64,000 bases of DNA. Origin: Styela clava. Its lineage: Eukaryota. The notes under the pieces are model-generated. The model was not told where the DNA came from and ran no database searches. It saw only the letters and a list, made by a program, of their open reading frames with translations. Where the stretch lies: positions 4,526,001 to 4,590,000 of the forward strand of contig NC_135253.1 in assembly GCF_964204865.1 (NCBI RefSeq), written 5' to 3'. Position 1 is the stretch's first letter; each line of letters starts with the position of its first letter. This document shows, piece by piece, positions 51,445 through 64,000 of this stretch. Both the position numbers and the translations under genes were made by a program.

Positions 51445-52324
51445 ACTGGGTTATGGCTTCCTCTGCCATCAAGTCCATGCATCTGAAAACAAATTACTAG
51501 CTAACTCATCCCATACCCGTCATGGACTCGTAACCGGACGAGAGGCTGTGGTTCGTCATATGATTAAGCCGTCTTATCGGCTTTCTTCTCCCAGAGATAA
51601 ATTTGTGAAACTATCCTAATAGTGCCGCACAAATAGCGCGTCAATATTAATTACGACTATTACCTTCCAAATTTTGGCTCTAAATAAACCTATATGGCCT
51701 ATGCGATCGTTCTGTTTTGGTACTAGGGGCTACGTTTTAGTTGAATGAATCGAATATGGACAAAAATACAAATGTTGATTGAAATCATTCGCATGTACTT
51801 TTTGATGTGAGCTTCGCACTGTCTTAAATAATAGTAGAGTTGGGGTTTCAGTGCCGAATTTGATCCAAATTTGACAAACCATGCAAAAAATCACATATGC
51901 ATGCGAACAATTATTTTCGAAAATAGTTATTTTCAAAGTAAGACGGCTAAGTTGAGTTCACGAGTTATTGCCATCATCGCGCGATGCTCAAAATTTCATC
52001 TGTGTGAAAAAATTGTGATTCATCGGCCATATATTCTGTTTTTAACTTTCAAAAGTATGTGCGGCCCGCTAGGACTTGCTAACCTTGATTTTGGCCCCAA
52101 ACAACAAAAGGTTGCCGGTCACTGGGTTATGGCTTCCTCTGCCATCAAGTCCATGCATCTGAAAACAAATTACTAGCTAACTAATCCCATACCCGTCATT
52201 GATTCGTAACCGGACGAGAGGCTGTGGTTCGTCATATGATTAAGCCGTCTTATCGGCTTTCTTCTCCCAGAGATAAATTTGTGAAACTATCCTAATAGTG
52301 CCGCACAAATAGCGCGTCAATATT
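51445..52324. repeat. ~204-bp direct repeat (51445-51648 and 52121-52324) flanking a hAT right end
   Basis: Near-identical ACTGGGTTATGGCTTCC...AGCGCGTCAATATT copies; hAT end AAAGGTTGCCGGTCACTG abuts the second copy. Confidence 0.85.
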
Positions 52325-52418
52325 CTTGTGATTTAATCTAAAAGGATCCAAGGGCTATCAGCCTCAATCGACGTAGCCTTCGTTGTAGTTTTGAGTGCTG
52401 TAGTAGTGTAGTGCAGTG

Positions 52419-54829
52419 CAGTGTTTCCCAAACTGTGTTCCGTGGAACACTAGAGTTCCGTGAGCGTTTTCGTCTAAAATGGTCGCCATGGCGATCTATG
52501 GACCGTGAAATGGCGCCCAAGACTTTTCGATATCGCGTCACCGTCGGCTTAGCTTTTTGCCTCTTAAGTTCAATATCAAGTTTACAGCAATCCTTTTGGT
52601 TATGTCATAGATAAATAAGTATGTCTGAAGCAATTGTCGGCAAACTTTGTGTACTTGCGGGCCAAATATCCAATTTTTCGGTTGCGTGCTGGCCGCATTA
52701 ATTTCCCCCTATGTACAATCGCCACATCTAACTTCAAATTATAGCGCACTCGTGCATTCTATTACTGCGTTAAATGACTGCCACAATTAGACGTGTATGT
52801 GGCCTTTTTTATATATATTTTATCAAACAATACATTGTTTTTATTGAGTTATTAACATTGTTTAGGATGATGTTGTTTCTGTGTTCAGGCCAAAGCGGCA
52901 ACTTCATTGCCATGCAGTACGATCTGACAAGCGAATACGCAAGTTATTCTTAGTGTAATACCTTTTAAATAGAGCTGGTCGCAGCTAGAGTTTTGTTTTT
53001 TATCAATTCTAAAACAAACAAGGGCTTGTTTTAAATCAATTTTTTTCTGTAGTTTTTTATTGAAATACCCCTTGTATCGCCGCTAAACTACGCCAAAACG
53101 TTGCATCCTGGCAGCTGCAAACGCAGCCAGAATTATAATTTCAAAAATGTAAGTAAAATTTTTTATTTTGACTTTTACTTCTATTGCGTACAATCATCGC
53201 CACGTTTGTATCTCCATCAAAGTCATAAGATTTTACCCGGAATGTTTAGCCGAGATATCAGAGAGATGTTTTGAGTAAGAAAAATTGACATATTGACATT
53301 TTTCCCATAAAATGAAGGCATTATTACGGATAATACTGTTCGGTTAAATCTATGCTCACATTGCTCAGCATACTTTGTTTTAAAGGTTGAAGTGATAGAG
53401 TTTTTCAAAGTTATACATATACAAACAAATTTATTCGATCGCATTTTAATTTTCGCAAGGTGGTTTCATCGCAGAATGGCTCATCACGTAATGGCTTATC
53501 GGTTGCATGCGTCTTATTGCGCCAACCACTGAACTACAGCTTGAGAAGGTGTGCATGAGCCTCTATCGATAGTTGTAGCGTTTTGAAAGATTTATTGCAA
53601 ATAATAAGCGCTTGGCAAGTTTTTACATCTATTTTTCTTCAACCTATTTAATACAAAAAATCAAATAGTACAGCCATTTTGAACAAAACAGGCGAAAAAA
53701 ACTTGATTTAAAACAATTGTTTCAAAACAATTCTTTTTGAACAAATCCCTAGTCGCAGCACTATGTGCTTTCGAAGTGCATACTTTACGTTTTACACTGT
53801 CGCACGATGAGCAGTGGCGCAGCCCCGGGTCGAATTTTAACATTGGATACCTTAATAATTGCGATGCTGACCTTGCATATCAAGCAAACTGGTTTTGAAA
53901 TGCGCGAGAAAGAAATATGTTTTTATCCTCCAAGCACTTTGTAATGTTCGGCCCCCGTCGCAAATTTCCCTCCGTTTCCCAGACATTTTCAAATTTTAAA
54001 AATCAAAATAAACTTATAATTACAACCAATGATGGGACGTTCATCAAGTAAACGACTTACAACCGGCGCTACTTGCTATAAAACAAGAGACGTACAGCGG
54101 CACTTGTTACCACATAAATCCATTTGGATACAATACATTTTAAAACAATTTTTATTTTATGAATTAAGAGTCGTTCGAGGGCCGCAAAAAATCCGTTCGC
54201 GGGCCGCATTTGGCACGCAATTTGCCAACCACTGGTCTAAAAAATAAAGGCAAAAGATCAACTCTTCTTCCCCCATCTCTGCCTGGTTTCATTTTGAAAT
54301 GCTGAAAATATTACAGGGCTGCAGGCTTACAGCTCGCGAACTAGTTCTATCTCCATTAGACGTAACATTTGAGGCAAACACTAAGTAATGGAAAGTAAAT
54401 GACATAGAATGGTACGGTTCCCGTACATTTGAACTCACGACAATTGCACCTGCATGCTATTCAAAGTGACTATAGTCACTTTGATGCTATTGCACATATG
54501 GAATTTTTTTTGTTTTGCGGATATTTGAACCCCTACTAACCTTCCCCCATGGGTTTTAGCACCCGCATATAGATTGAACCCGCGGATATACACATGGGTT
54601 TAAATGTACGGTCACCAATGGTACATGAATGAATTGATTAATATACACAGCATTTAAATTATGGAACGATAAAACATTTATGATAAATGCAATTGCACGG
54701 CGAACCCATTGGGAACCGCTACATTACACAATTTTTCTATATCAATTTTACTCTTTCATTTGTTGGTGTTCCGCAAGGCGAGATAAAAAGTTTAAGTGTT
54801 CCGTGGCTGAAAATGTTTGGTTAACGCTG
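52419..54829. mobile_element. Old hAT element hosting nested insertions (52631-54234 hAT; 54416-54616 MITE)
   Basis: CAGTGTTTCCCAAAC / GTTTGGTTAACGCTG termini with GTTCCG subterminal motifs and degenerate TSD. The inner element is homologous to 59289-60087. Confidence 0.6.
54416..54616. mobile_element. GG-ended MITE, same family as 1051-1253 (inverted)
   Basis: GGTTCCCGTACATTTGAAC...TAAATGTACGGTCACC; TSD AATGGTAC. Confidence 0.85.
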
Positions 54830-55901
54830 TTGTAGTGCATACCATGTTTATATGTTGCCTGTTCCTAACTTTTTTCCGTCTGCGCCGAAGAGGGCAGATG
54901 GAAAATCGGCCGAGAAGATTCACATCAGGCGAGTTTTCTAAATTTGTCTGGGATGGTTCAAAATTGCAAATGCGCATAGGTCATCTGCGATCCACGATTT
55001 TGATACAAAATGTCGTCGATACCGACGTAGGGAATTGTATCAACGTTCCACCATTTAGAAAAATCCCCGATGGCCTCTGTACTGGTCAATAATAATAAAT
55101 TTATATATCTCATATTATATATCATTATGACATTTTAATGGTACTGATAATCCTATTATAAGATATGTTGCGCTATACGTGGCAACTTGAAAATATGAAG
55201 TTTCTATTGGTGTATTGAAAAACCTAATTCAAACCTATAGTTTATTAAAGCAATGCAAGAACGTAACGTTGCATGATAACCAGCATGTACGACATATAAA
55301 CTAATGTACGGAAGATACAATTACCATGACACGCTTTGCGTAAATCTGATACACATCTTTCGAAACGCCAAATATAAATAAAACAATTACGGCATCGTGT
55401 TTAATTTCAAGCAATCTAATTTATTTAGATTTCATATGAAACATAACAAGCGATAAAATGTTCAATAAAGGCAAAAACTCGTTCCTGAAATCTCGGCATT
55501 ATTTCAGATTACATCGGGAGGTGGAAATAACTTAGTAAATAAATCAGTGAGAGTATAGGAACACAACCCTGGATTAGATTTTATCTACATTTTGTGGGCA
55601 CCAAATGGACCCATGGTTCAATTTTCTGAATTTTGGCTGTTGTTCTTGTCGGCGCCGTTGTTGTGAATGGACGCCTTTATCGGGATTGTTGGTTCATCAA
55701 TCTTTTCACTTCTAGTTAAAAGCATATGTTGGAAAAAATATAGAAAGTAGATAGATATAGGAACTATTTTAGATTTTGAAAATGACATGGCCTGTAGTAA
55801 GTAAAGGCAAAACAAATGGGGAGGAGCTTTGAAATATTCAGTGACTGGAAATATATACGATCTAATAACAACAAAGTTGTATTGAAAAATGTGTATATAT
55901 C

Positions 55902-56471
55902 AACAAGAGAGCTATGCTCAAATATATGGACACGTAGCGCCACCTAATGGCAATAATTTTGATGACGTCATAGCAACAACAAAAAAAGTAATAGCCTTCT
56001 GAAGAAAATTTTTATCTTTAACCACTGAAAATTTCAAAGCAATTGGTCCAGTAATCAAAGAGAAAAGCGACTTTTTAAAAACGTGTCAAAGAATAAGAAC
56101 AAGAGAGCTATGCTCAAATATATGGACACGTATCGCCACCCAATGTGAATAATTTTGATGACGTCAAAGCGAAAAAAAAAGTAATAGCCTTCTGGAAAAA
56201 AATTTTATCTTCAACAACTGAAAATTTTAAAGTAAGTGGTCCAGTATTCGAAGAGAAAAGCGATTTCTTCAAAACTTGTCAAAGAACAAGGACACTAAGA
56301 ACAACAATAAGACAACAACAACATGATATTGAAACGATCGCTATGTCCACTACGTGTCCAACAATAAGAAGAACAACAACATAATATTGAAACGATCGCT
56401 ATGTCCACTACGTGTCCAACAAGAACAACATAATATTGAAACGATCGCTATGTCCACTACGTGTCCAATAA
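55902..56471 (+). mobile_element. DINE-1/HINE-like element with tandemly reiterated ends
   Basis: 5' end AACAAGAGAGCTATGCTCAAATATATGGACACG occurs twice (55902, 56098). 3' end AAACGATCGCTATGTCCACTACGTGTCCAA occurs three times. Confidence 0.65.
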
Positions 56472-59288
56472 GCTTTCTGACCAGTGAGAACGTGTATGTT
56501 GTTTGCCGACAACTACGTTGGGCCGTTGTTTGCCACATGATTGACCGTCTTATCAGTTTTTCTATTTCTAAGATAAATTTGAAAATCCCGCCGAGATGAA
56601 TTATCCCGGCAGTGGCATGTCTGTGACGCAATCCCGCAAAATGTTTTTCAGCAAACAACACCAATACGATTCGCGCATAAAGTCACGGCCAATCTTTGGT
56701 GAATTTGCTTCCATGGCGCAGATTGTGGATATTTTACCCGCAGTGAACCCCATCTGCTAGCAAAGATTGATTATTATTATATATGAGAAAATTGGGCATA
56801 TTATTCAGTTTAGATTACCGGTAGGCATTCCGCCTCCACGGCGGCTTGCTGGCGACACAAAGTGGCAAAAAAAGGAGAGTTTACATTTCCCGTAGGAGAC
56901 ACGTAGCGATAGTCAGTCGAAATCAGTAAAATTGGTCAATGATTGGGAGCGACAAAGTGAGAGGTATACAAACCAAATACACAACTGGCCGTGGCATCAT
57001 ACACATGGTATTCGAAGGCATCAGTGCTGTCAATAGCATAGTAAAGGTTGTTATTCCCCAATTTGAAAAGCTTCATTTTTACAAAAGATTTATTTTTCTG
57101 TGGCATTACTCGAAAAACAGCGTATCGCTCGTGAAATCATGTAGAGAAGACAGCTCATTGAGGCATACACAACCTACAGCCAGAAAGAATTTTCCGAAAT
57201 AAACGAGATAGTCAGAAACGCAGCTGATCATGCGCTTATGTAGGTTTATGACGTAGAACGCAAGAATGACGGCGATTTCTTTTTTCAGTTTGTTTATTAT
57301 AATCTCCCAGACACACGTACTGCGCGCGCAATGCGTGCTTCTTCTACGCACCCCTGGAAGTTCTCTCGGTAAGACCCGGAACACAGAAACGTCGCATCAT
57401 GATGGTGAGTTTCTTTTATATTTATATTAAATTCTCGCATTTCTTCCTCGCCGGCCGTTGGTTTGCTGCGTGTTGGGCTGCTGTTCAATAAATCGTTTTT
57501 TAAAACGGGAGAAGCAATCATTTTGAACTCGCTCGGCCACGCAATAGTGCGAGTAAGAGCGTTGTTGAAGCTGCGCTTGCTGACTTCATCGTTCTCTCTC
57601 CTTGGCCAATCATATCCATGTTCTGGGCACGTCGAACATTCAGTTCTCTCCCTGGCGGCACGGCAAGCATTTTTCTCGGCGCAATAACCTCCATGTTTCC
57701 AATGCTAAATACAGTATAACTGTGTGAACACCCGACCTAGTTCATAAGCTGACATGCCATCTCTCTAATTTTCAAACTTTTCCATTTTTTGAGGTTCAAA
57801 TTCATCTTTTCCATTTCTTTTCATTTGGTGTTCAAATTGGGCAAATTTCAGGCCACCTTTTCTGATTCCCTCAGTACTACTAGGATAAACTGCCAGAATA
57901 CTGGAATAAATGGCCTTCAACAGGCTTTAGGCAGAACAAGGCTGTCACTGTCAGCTTTGATTCATTGGTATCATAGAATTTCATTGGACCAGTTTAGGTG
58001 CATAACTTGGAGCTGCTCAGCTACATAGCCCAAAACTTGACACAATAAGCTAAATCATATGTAATGTTATCATTGGTTTTTAATCATAAATTTAGCCTGC
58101 AGCTTTGTGTTGAAAAGGAATAATTTCCCTGCTGCTTTAGGTCCCAAGACTACCATTCGGTTATCGCAATGATTCTCTTATATATATTTATACACCTTGT
58201 GCTGCGCTTAGTAATGTGAAATTGATCTTAATCCTTATCACCATTGTAATTCTCCTTGGTTGGGAAGACTGAAGAATGAGTGGAAATAGGATTCTAACGA
58301 ACTCAATCGGTAAAGCAAAAAAGATATATTCTTATATCAAACGTAAATATGCCCCTTGATTGGAAATATAGCAGACGTGCGGGGGTTCCGCAGGAATTGT
58401 AGATGTGTAAAATTGAAAAATTCACCTTGATAACCGTTAGCAACGCAGCAAGCGACAAAACAGATGTTTCTGTTCAAAAAGAAATTATGGTTATGTGATG
58501 TTTTAATTGGGTAATCAGTAGAATCACTTTAATACCATTCAAAAATCACCTAATGCGCCCGTAATTGATGTTTCTCGCTAATCTACCAGAAGTCATATTC
58601 AATAAAAGTATTGTATTGGTAAGGGTAGCGAATCAGAAATTCCGATAGTACAAATTCCTAATCTTCACTTCTAGTAGTCAATGGCTTGAGTGAAAATCGA
58701 ACTGTTTTGGAGCGCTAGAAAAAAAAATCGGCTGTAGTAGATTCGTTTCAAGCTTTACTCAAATTATTCAAAAACTTGAGTAGAATACAATTCTCAGAAT
58801 TTTAATTCTACTAACATCTCAATAATACTTGTTGGAACTCCAAATTTTGAGCTTTTTCTTGTTAGGTTAATATTTCCAATGTTTCAACTGCATAATCAGC
58901 ATGATAGGCAATAAAGTAATACTTAAAAACTGGCAATAGAATCAGCAGAGCAATCAAAACTTCAGTAAAGTTTATAATGTACAAAATAGCTATTTTACAC
59001 TTCATTTTACCGGCCGTAAAACATTTGACACTACATGAATTTCCTGCCTGGGCTCTTTTTTGCCTGATTGTTTTTGTTGATGGATTGTCAACGGAAGGCG
59101 CCTGTTAGTGTCCACTCTTGGGTGTTAAATTACCATATATGGTTCATACTTCTTACAATAATTATGACAATTTCTCTTACTGAATCATTTAAGTGAGTTG
59201 CAAATTAGTGGCATAAAGGCTGCTTCCGTTAATTTTGTATTAATATTGAACAAAGATATTTATAACTTTCATATTGCATAACCTAGAC

Positions 59289-60087
59289 CAGTGGTCGGCA
59301 AACTTTATGTACATGCGGGCCAAATATCAACTTTTACGGTAGCGCGCGGGCCGCAATATTACCGCCTTCGAACATTCTCCATATTGAACTTAAAATTATT
59401 GCGCATTTGCACCTTCTATCGCTGTGTTAAAAGCCTGCCATATTGATATGTGTATGTGTTCTTTTTTCAATATATTATCCAACAATGCATTGTTTTGTGA
59501 AGAATGATGTTTTTATGGCAAATTGCCCGTGGTACGTGTCCAAATGACTATCTGACAAGCGAGTACAAAATTTATTCCAAGTGTGAAGCATTTTAAATAA
59601 AACTTCTCACAGCAATATGAGCTTCCTAACTTGCAGATTACATGTTTCTCACTGTCGCACAGATGAGCTGTGGCACAGTCGTGGGTCTTGTGGTCGATTT
59701 TTCGAAGACACGTTTTGTTTCGAGTTTACCATTGAATCCTTTCATATCTGCGATGCTGACTGGGCATATCGAGCAAACTGGTTTTGAAATGCGCAAGTAA
59801 GAAAAATGTTTTTCGGTTCAAGCACTTGTGAACGTTCGACCCTCGTCTCGAACCTCCCTCTGTTTCCCAGACATTTTTTAATTTTGAAAATCAACATTAA
59901 CTCGAACGACATACAACATAACAAGCGTCCTACATCAGCATTTGATACAACAAAAATTCGTGTAGAACCAATAATAATTTTAAGATAAATTTTTGTTTTA
60001 TGTATTCATTTTCGGGTCGTTCGAAGGCCGCAACAATTAAGCTCCCGGGCCGCATTTGGCCCGCGAGCTGCAGTTTGCTGACCCCTG
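59289..60087. mobile_element. Charlie/Buster-type hAT MITE
   Basis: TIRs CAGTGGTCGGCAAAC / GTTTGCTGACCCCTG; perfect TSD ACCTAGAC. Confidence 0.9.
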
Positions 60088-60806
60088 ACCTAGACGGTGG
60101 GACAACTTGCTAAAATCTGGACTGTCCTGACTAAACTGGGACAGGACTATGATATGCCTATGTTTAGGTCAAAAATATACACTGTAAAGCAGTGCATTAT
60201 GAAATGCTGTTCTATTTGGTGATTATATGGTATATCATTATTTTTTATTAAACTCTCGTCTTTATTCTTGTTCAGGGAAAGTCTTTGTGAATTCTGAAGT
60301 TCAGATATGCTGGTCAGTGAAAAAAGGTAATACTACTTTTTTATCAATTTATCTAATCTCTTTTTGTTATAAGAAAATTTGCTCAAAGCAATGTGATGCA
60401 CATTCGTCAAAAGCATTGGAAACTTATCTCCGAGCACGGGTGGCTACTGGAGAGCTGAGACTATAAAAAGTATAGTGATGCATTGAATTCTGAATCCTTT
60501 GGCATAAATGTTCGTCTTAAAGTTCTTTCAATTCTTCATTTGGTGCACACTGCATCCCGATTGGTAATTTGTCACGCAAAAGTTTTATTGTACCATGCCA
60601 GCTCATTGCCAATGTGGCAAGTACTTTTTAGTTGTATTTTATACATGGCCCACACTTGACTGTTGAAATTGAAAAGAATTTTGTTACAAGTAAGTGTCTG
60701 TAAATAGTTATCTGAATAAAGTCTTCAAAGTTGTTTCTTAATGATACTGTATTAGAAGATAAGTTAATAAGAATCTTTACTTCACTTGCAGGAAAAAGAA
60801 AGAGAA

Positions 60807-63800
60807 ATGGACATTTTACAACAATCCCTTCAAGCAGCGGATATTCTCTCTGGGGAAGATAATGATATTTTTGGAGAGCTTGGAATCACATTCAATAATT
60901 CCTCTGTGGAAACTGTTGGATTGGGCGATGATCTTTCTGCTCTGGATTCCCAAGGAAATGCACTGTTTAATAATGAGACTAAAGCTCATGACCAATCACC
61001 ATTTCCTAGTTTTAATGAATCTAATGACTCAAATTCGATGTCTGGTTTTGATACTTCGCAATTTCTTAATACTTCCGCACCAATTAACTCAGCACAATCT
61101 GCACGGCATACATCATATGAGCAACAGCCCACTGAATTTGCTAAGCAAGAGAATTACCAACATTTACCTGTTTCATTACATTCTAATCAACCTTCATCAT
61201 CTGCAACAACGGTTTCCCCCTTTGCTAATCAGCACGAGGGGATGACAAATTATGCAAACCAATATCAAACTGTCCAACAAGTTTCGATGCAAAGCGTCTC
61301 GCAACCTAGCACAACAGTTGCTACTTACCAACCTTATTCAAAAGCAATATCAACGGTTGCTTCATCACCAGTGCTTACAAGGCTTCCATCGCAAACATTG
61401 TCAACTCTACTTAATCCACAACCCAGTACACTATCTGCAGACAATTCACCGGCGACTTTGCCTGTCGGAATTCGAATTGCGACACCCAATACTTTTCAAA
61501 ATGACACTAATATAGTGCTCGACAACAATACCCATGTCACACAAAATGCTAATGTATTAAGGACGTCCACTCCTATTCAAATACTCCAGCCCACTGCTGT
61601 TCAGCAAAACCAAACTCAGCTTATTACTGTGCTTCAAAAGCAAAATAACATTCGAGTGAGTTCTCCTGTCAATCAAAATGTGGCATCTGCCCAGTACATC
61701 AATGGATTGACAGTACAACCACATCAAACAAACGTAGTCAACCAAAACTCTAATGTTGCAGTGTTGAGAGTCGCAAGCTCAAAACAAAATATCAACATAA
61801 GTGATCCGCAAGTAAGTTGCTTATTAAAAAAACTTATTGGACAATTTGTTGCTGAAATATTTTTTTATTTTTTTCACAAATGTCCTTTTGAATATTGTTA
61901 CAGCTTGTCAAAGCCCTCACAGCCAATTTGTTGCAGAAGCAGCAAACTTCTGAAATGCAGAATACACAGCAACCTCCCCAACAGCAATTCGTGAAATTGG
62001 ACCCCAACAACTCTGTTATTAATGTCATTTCACAAAGGTAATTCTGCAATATTTGTAGATATGTACAATATTACTACAATAGATACTACACTTGTTTTGA
62101 AATTTTCTGGCCAGTTTAATGAAGATGTAAACTTATTTTAAATTATTGAGAATGCGATATCAGATTGTAACTGAATATAATAAAAAAACATTGCTTTCAG
62201 ACAACTATACTTACATTTCTGTCCATACAGTAAGAGTGTTGCTGTATAGACTGCCAAACAAATGCCCTATTCATATTTTTTCTGAGTAAAACACGTTTTC
62301 TATATTCTTTTTTATAAGACCGCAACCGCAGGTAAGAGGAGCGCAACAAATTACTCTGCAAAATGGCCAAACAATACTACTGAATAGTAGTCAACATGTC
62401 CAAGTGCTTCAGGCTCCAACACCAGCACAGAATGTCGCTTCGTCACTACCTAACTATCCCAAATCTATAAAGAACTCTCTCCAGCCTTCAAAGTAAGCTG
62501 AATTTATTTACTTAGCTAAATACATTGATAATTTTCATCTGAGTTGCAAAGATTATTATGTTATTTTTAGGTCTGGTCAAATGCCAATAAAAGGAATACA
62601 AATTGCCAGTGTTAATATTCCTATTGCATCACCTTCTGCCAACACTACCTCAGTTGATGTTGCACCAACAGCAAATAGCATTTTAGCCATACCTGTTGTA
62701 GCCAAACCTGGTTCCATTTCAAGCACTGTGACTTCTGCAAATTTTGAAACTGGTGCCACTGTTGCAGTATCACGAATCACCCCTTCTGTGGCGACAACTT
62801 TGAAATCCTCCACAGTTCGAAATCTTCTCACCAATTCGATATTGAAGCAAAACAACAATACCTCATTAACTAACAGCAATCTATCACAACCAATTATGCA
62901 ACAACATCAAAGTACATCAAATGCGCAAGTTGTGATGACAGAAACAAATGGTCAGGTTGGTGTGGTTTTACTTGTTTAAAATTATGTTTTTTTTTTCACT
63001 ATTTTTCTAAACACATATGCTGTATATACCTTCTTATTCAGTTAGGTTTACAATATGTTCAAAATTCAGGTTGCTCGTGCATCAATGGGTCCAACGTTAA
63101 GATTAAATCTGACGCCACAACAAGCTAGTAAACTAACGACCTCCCAACTGCAGACTATTATAAAACAGGTAAAACAAAATTATAATGATTTATTATGATA
63201 AAGTAATAAGGCTTTGTTAGAATATAATATTTTTCATACTGTGATTTTATGGTATGGCATGGTTTTGAGGCTAAACTCCAGCCTGAGTTATATCTCTGCA
63301 AAAGATGTTGGCATTTTGGTTTTCCGCAGCTCAAGAAGTCTAATATTTATTTTGCAGCATCGTGCTACATTACAAGCCAGAGCTCTTGCAAATGCTGATT
63401 CTAGAATACCAACTGCGGTTGATGGTGGACAAGCGATGGATGCTAGTTCATCTTCTCAAGCAACCATTGTGAAAAATACACTTGCAGGATCCAAGTCGCT
63501 TGCTTCAATATTAAAGCCTTCAGTAACAGCTGCAGTGGTTCGTTTTTTTTTTATCAGTGCAATTTGACTATCTTTACTAAGACTTTGCACAAATGAATCC
63601 ATCTGAAATTGTTTCTTCCATTAACCACATTTTTTATGTACACAAAATTTCTACAACTTATTATTTATTTTGTTTTTACTTGAATTAAGACTACTGTGGC
63701 TTCAAATTCATCCGTGACTGTGAGTCGGCAGGGTGGTGTAGACCAACAATCTTCTGTTCAGGCATTTCGTGTTGACCCGACATTAACAGAAGGACAGATT

Positions 63801-64000
63801 GATGAAGTGAAGAAGCTACTCACAAATCGCACAATTGCATCTAAGGTAATTTTTTATTAGAAATAAAATTTGTATTCTGACTTTTTCATCGTGAATAACC
63901 ATACCTTTTTTTTTAGCTCCATCAGTTATCAAGAGAACAGCGGCAGCTCGTCCTTGCATTTCAAGCACAAATTAAATCAATGTCGCCACCTGTTCAACAG
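60807..64000 (+). CDS. BICRA/GLTSCR1-like low-complexity (Q/S/T/P-rich) protein, 5' part, continues past window end
   Basis: N-terminal DILQQSLQAADI resembles DILQQSLQEANI of BICRA/BICRAL. In-frame GT-AG exons 60792-61811, 61904-62037, 62319-62492, 62571-62955, 63070-63168, 63358-63537, 63690-63845, 63917->64000. The diagnostic C-terminal GLTSCR1 domain is not in the window. Confidence 0.6.

Noticed and set aside
56320-56471. CRISPR-like repeat array
   Set aside because: Eukaryotic context; the intervening sequences are similar AAC-rich tracts rather than unique spacers; no cas genes.
62201-62229. Possible small exon in the BICRA-like gene (CAG|...|GTAAGA)
   Set aside because: It is 29 nt and frame-shifting, and the flanking exons join in frame without it. 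A poison exon cannot be supported without transcripts.

Overview
AT-rich, intron-rich animal genomic DNA; an invertebrate, possibly an ascidian, but the species cannot be proven from sequence. The left half (1-36.3 kb) is a TE-riddled tandem array of five minus-strand, 4-exon paralogues (A partial, B, C, D, E). The ORF track misses them because they must be spliced. Each encodes a ~207-212 aa secreted protein: signal peptide, then a cationic 11-12-Cys domain (xCC..CxDC..CCGxGxGxGxGCNxxCCxCGxC, resembling the Diedel fold motif), then an acidic region with two canonical EF-hands. Copy B has lost its exon-2 splice donor. The array carries kB-like sites, many hAT/MITE insertions with clean TSDs, and a Tip100/ZMYM1-type hAT whose open ORF has an in-frame deletion of the catalytic core. 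The right half holds conserved genes: SNX5/6 (minus, 13 exons plus a candidate 24-nt microexon) head-to-head with eIF3d (plus, 10 exons), and the 5' part of a BICRA/GLTSCR1-like gene running off the right end.
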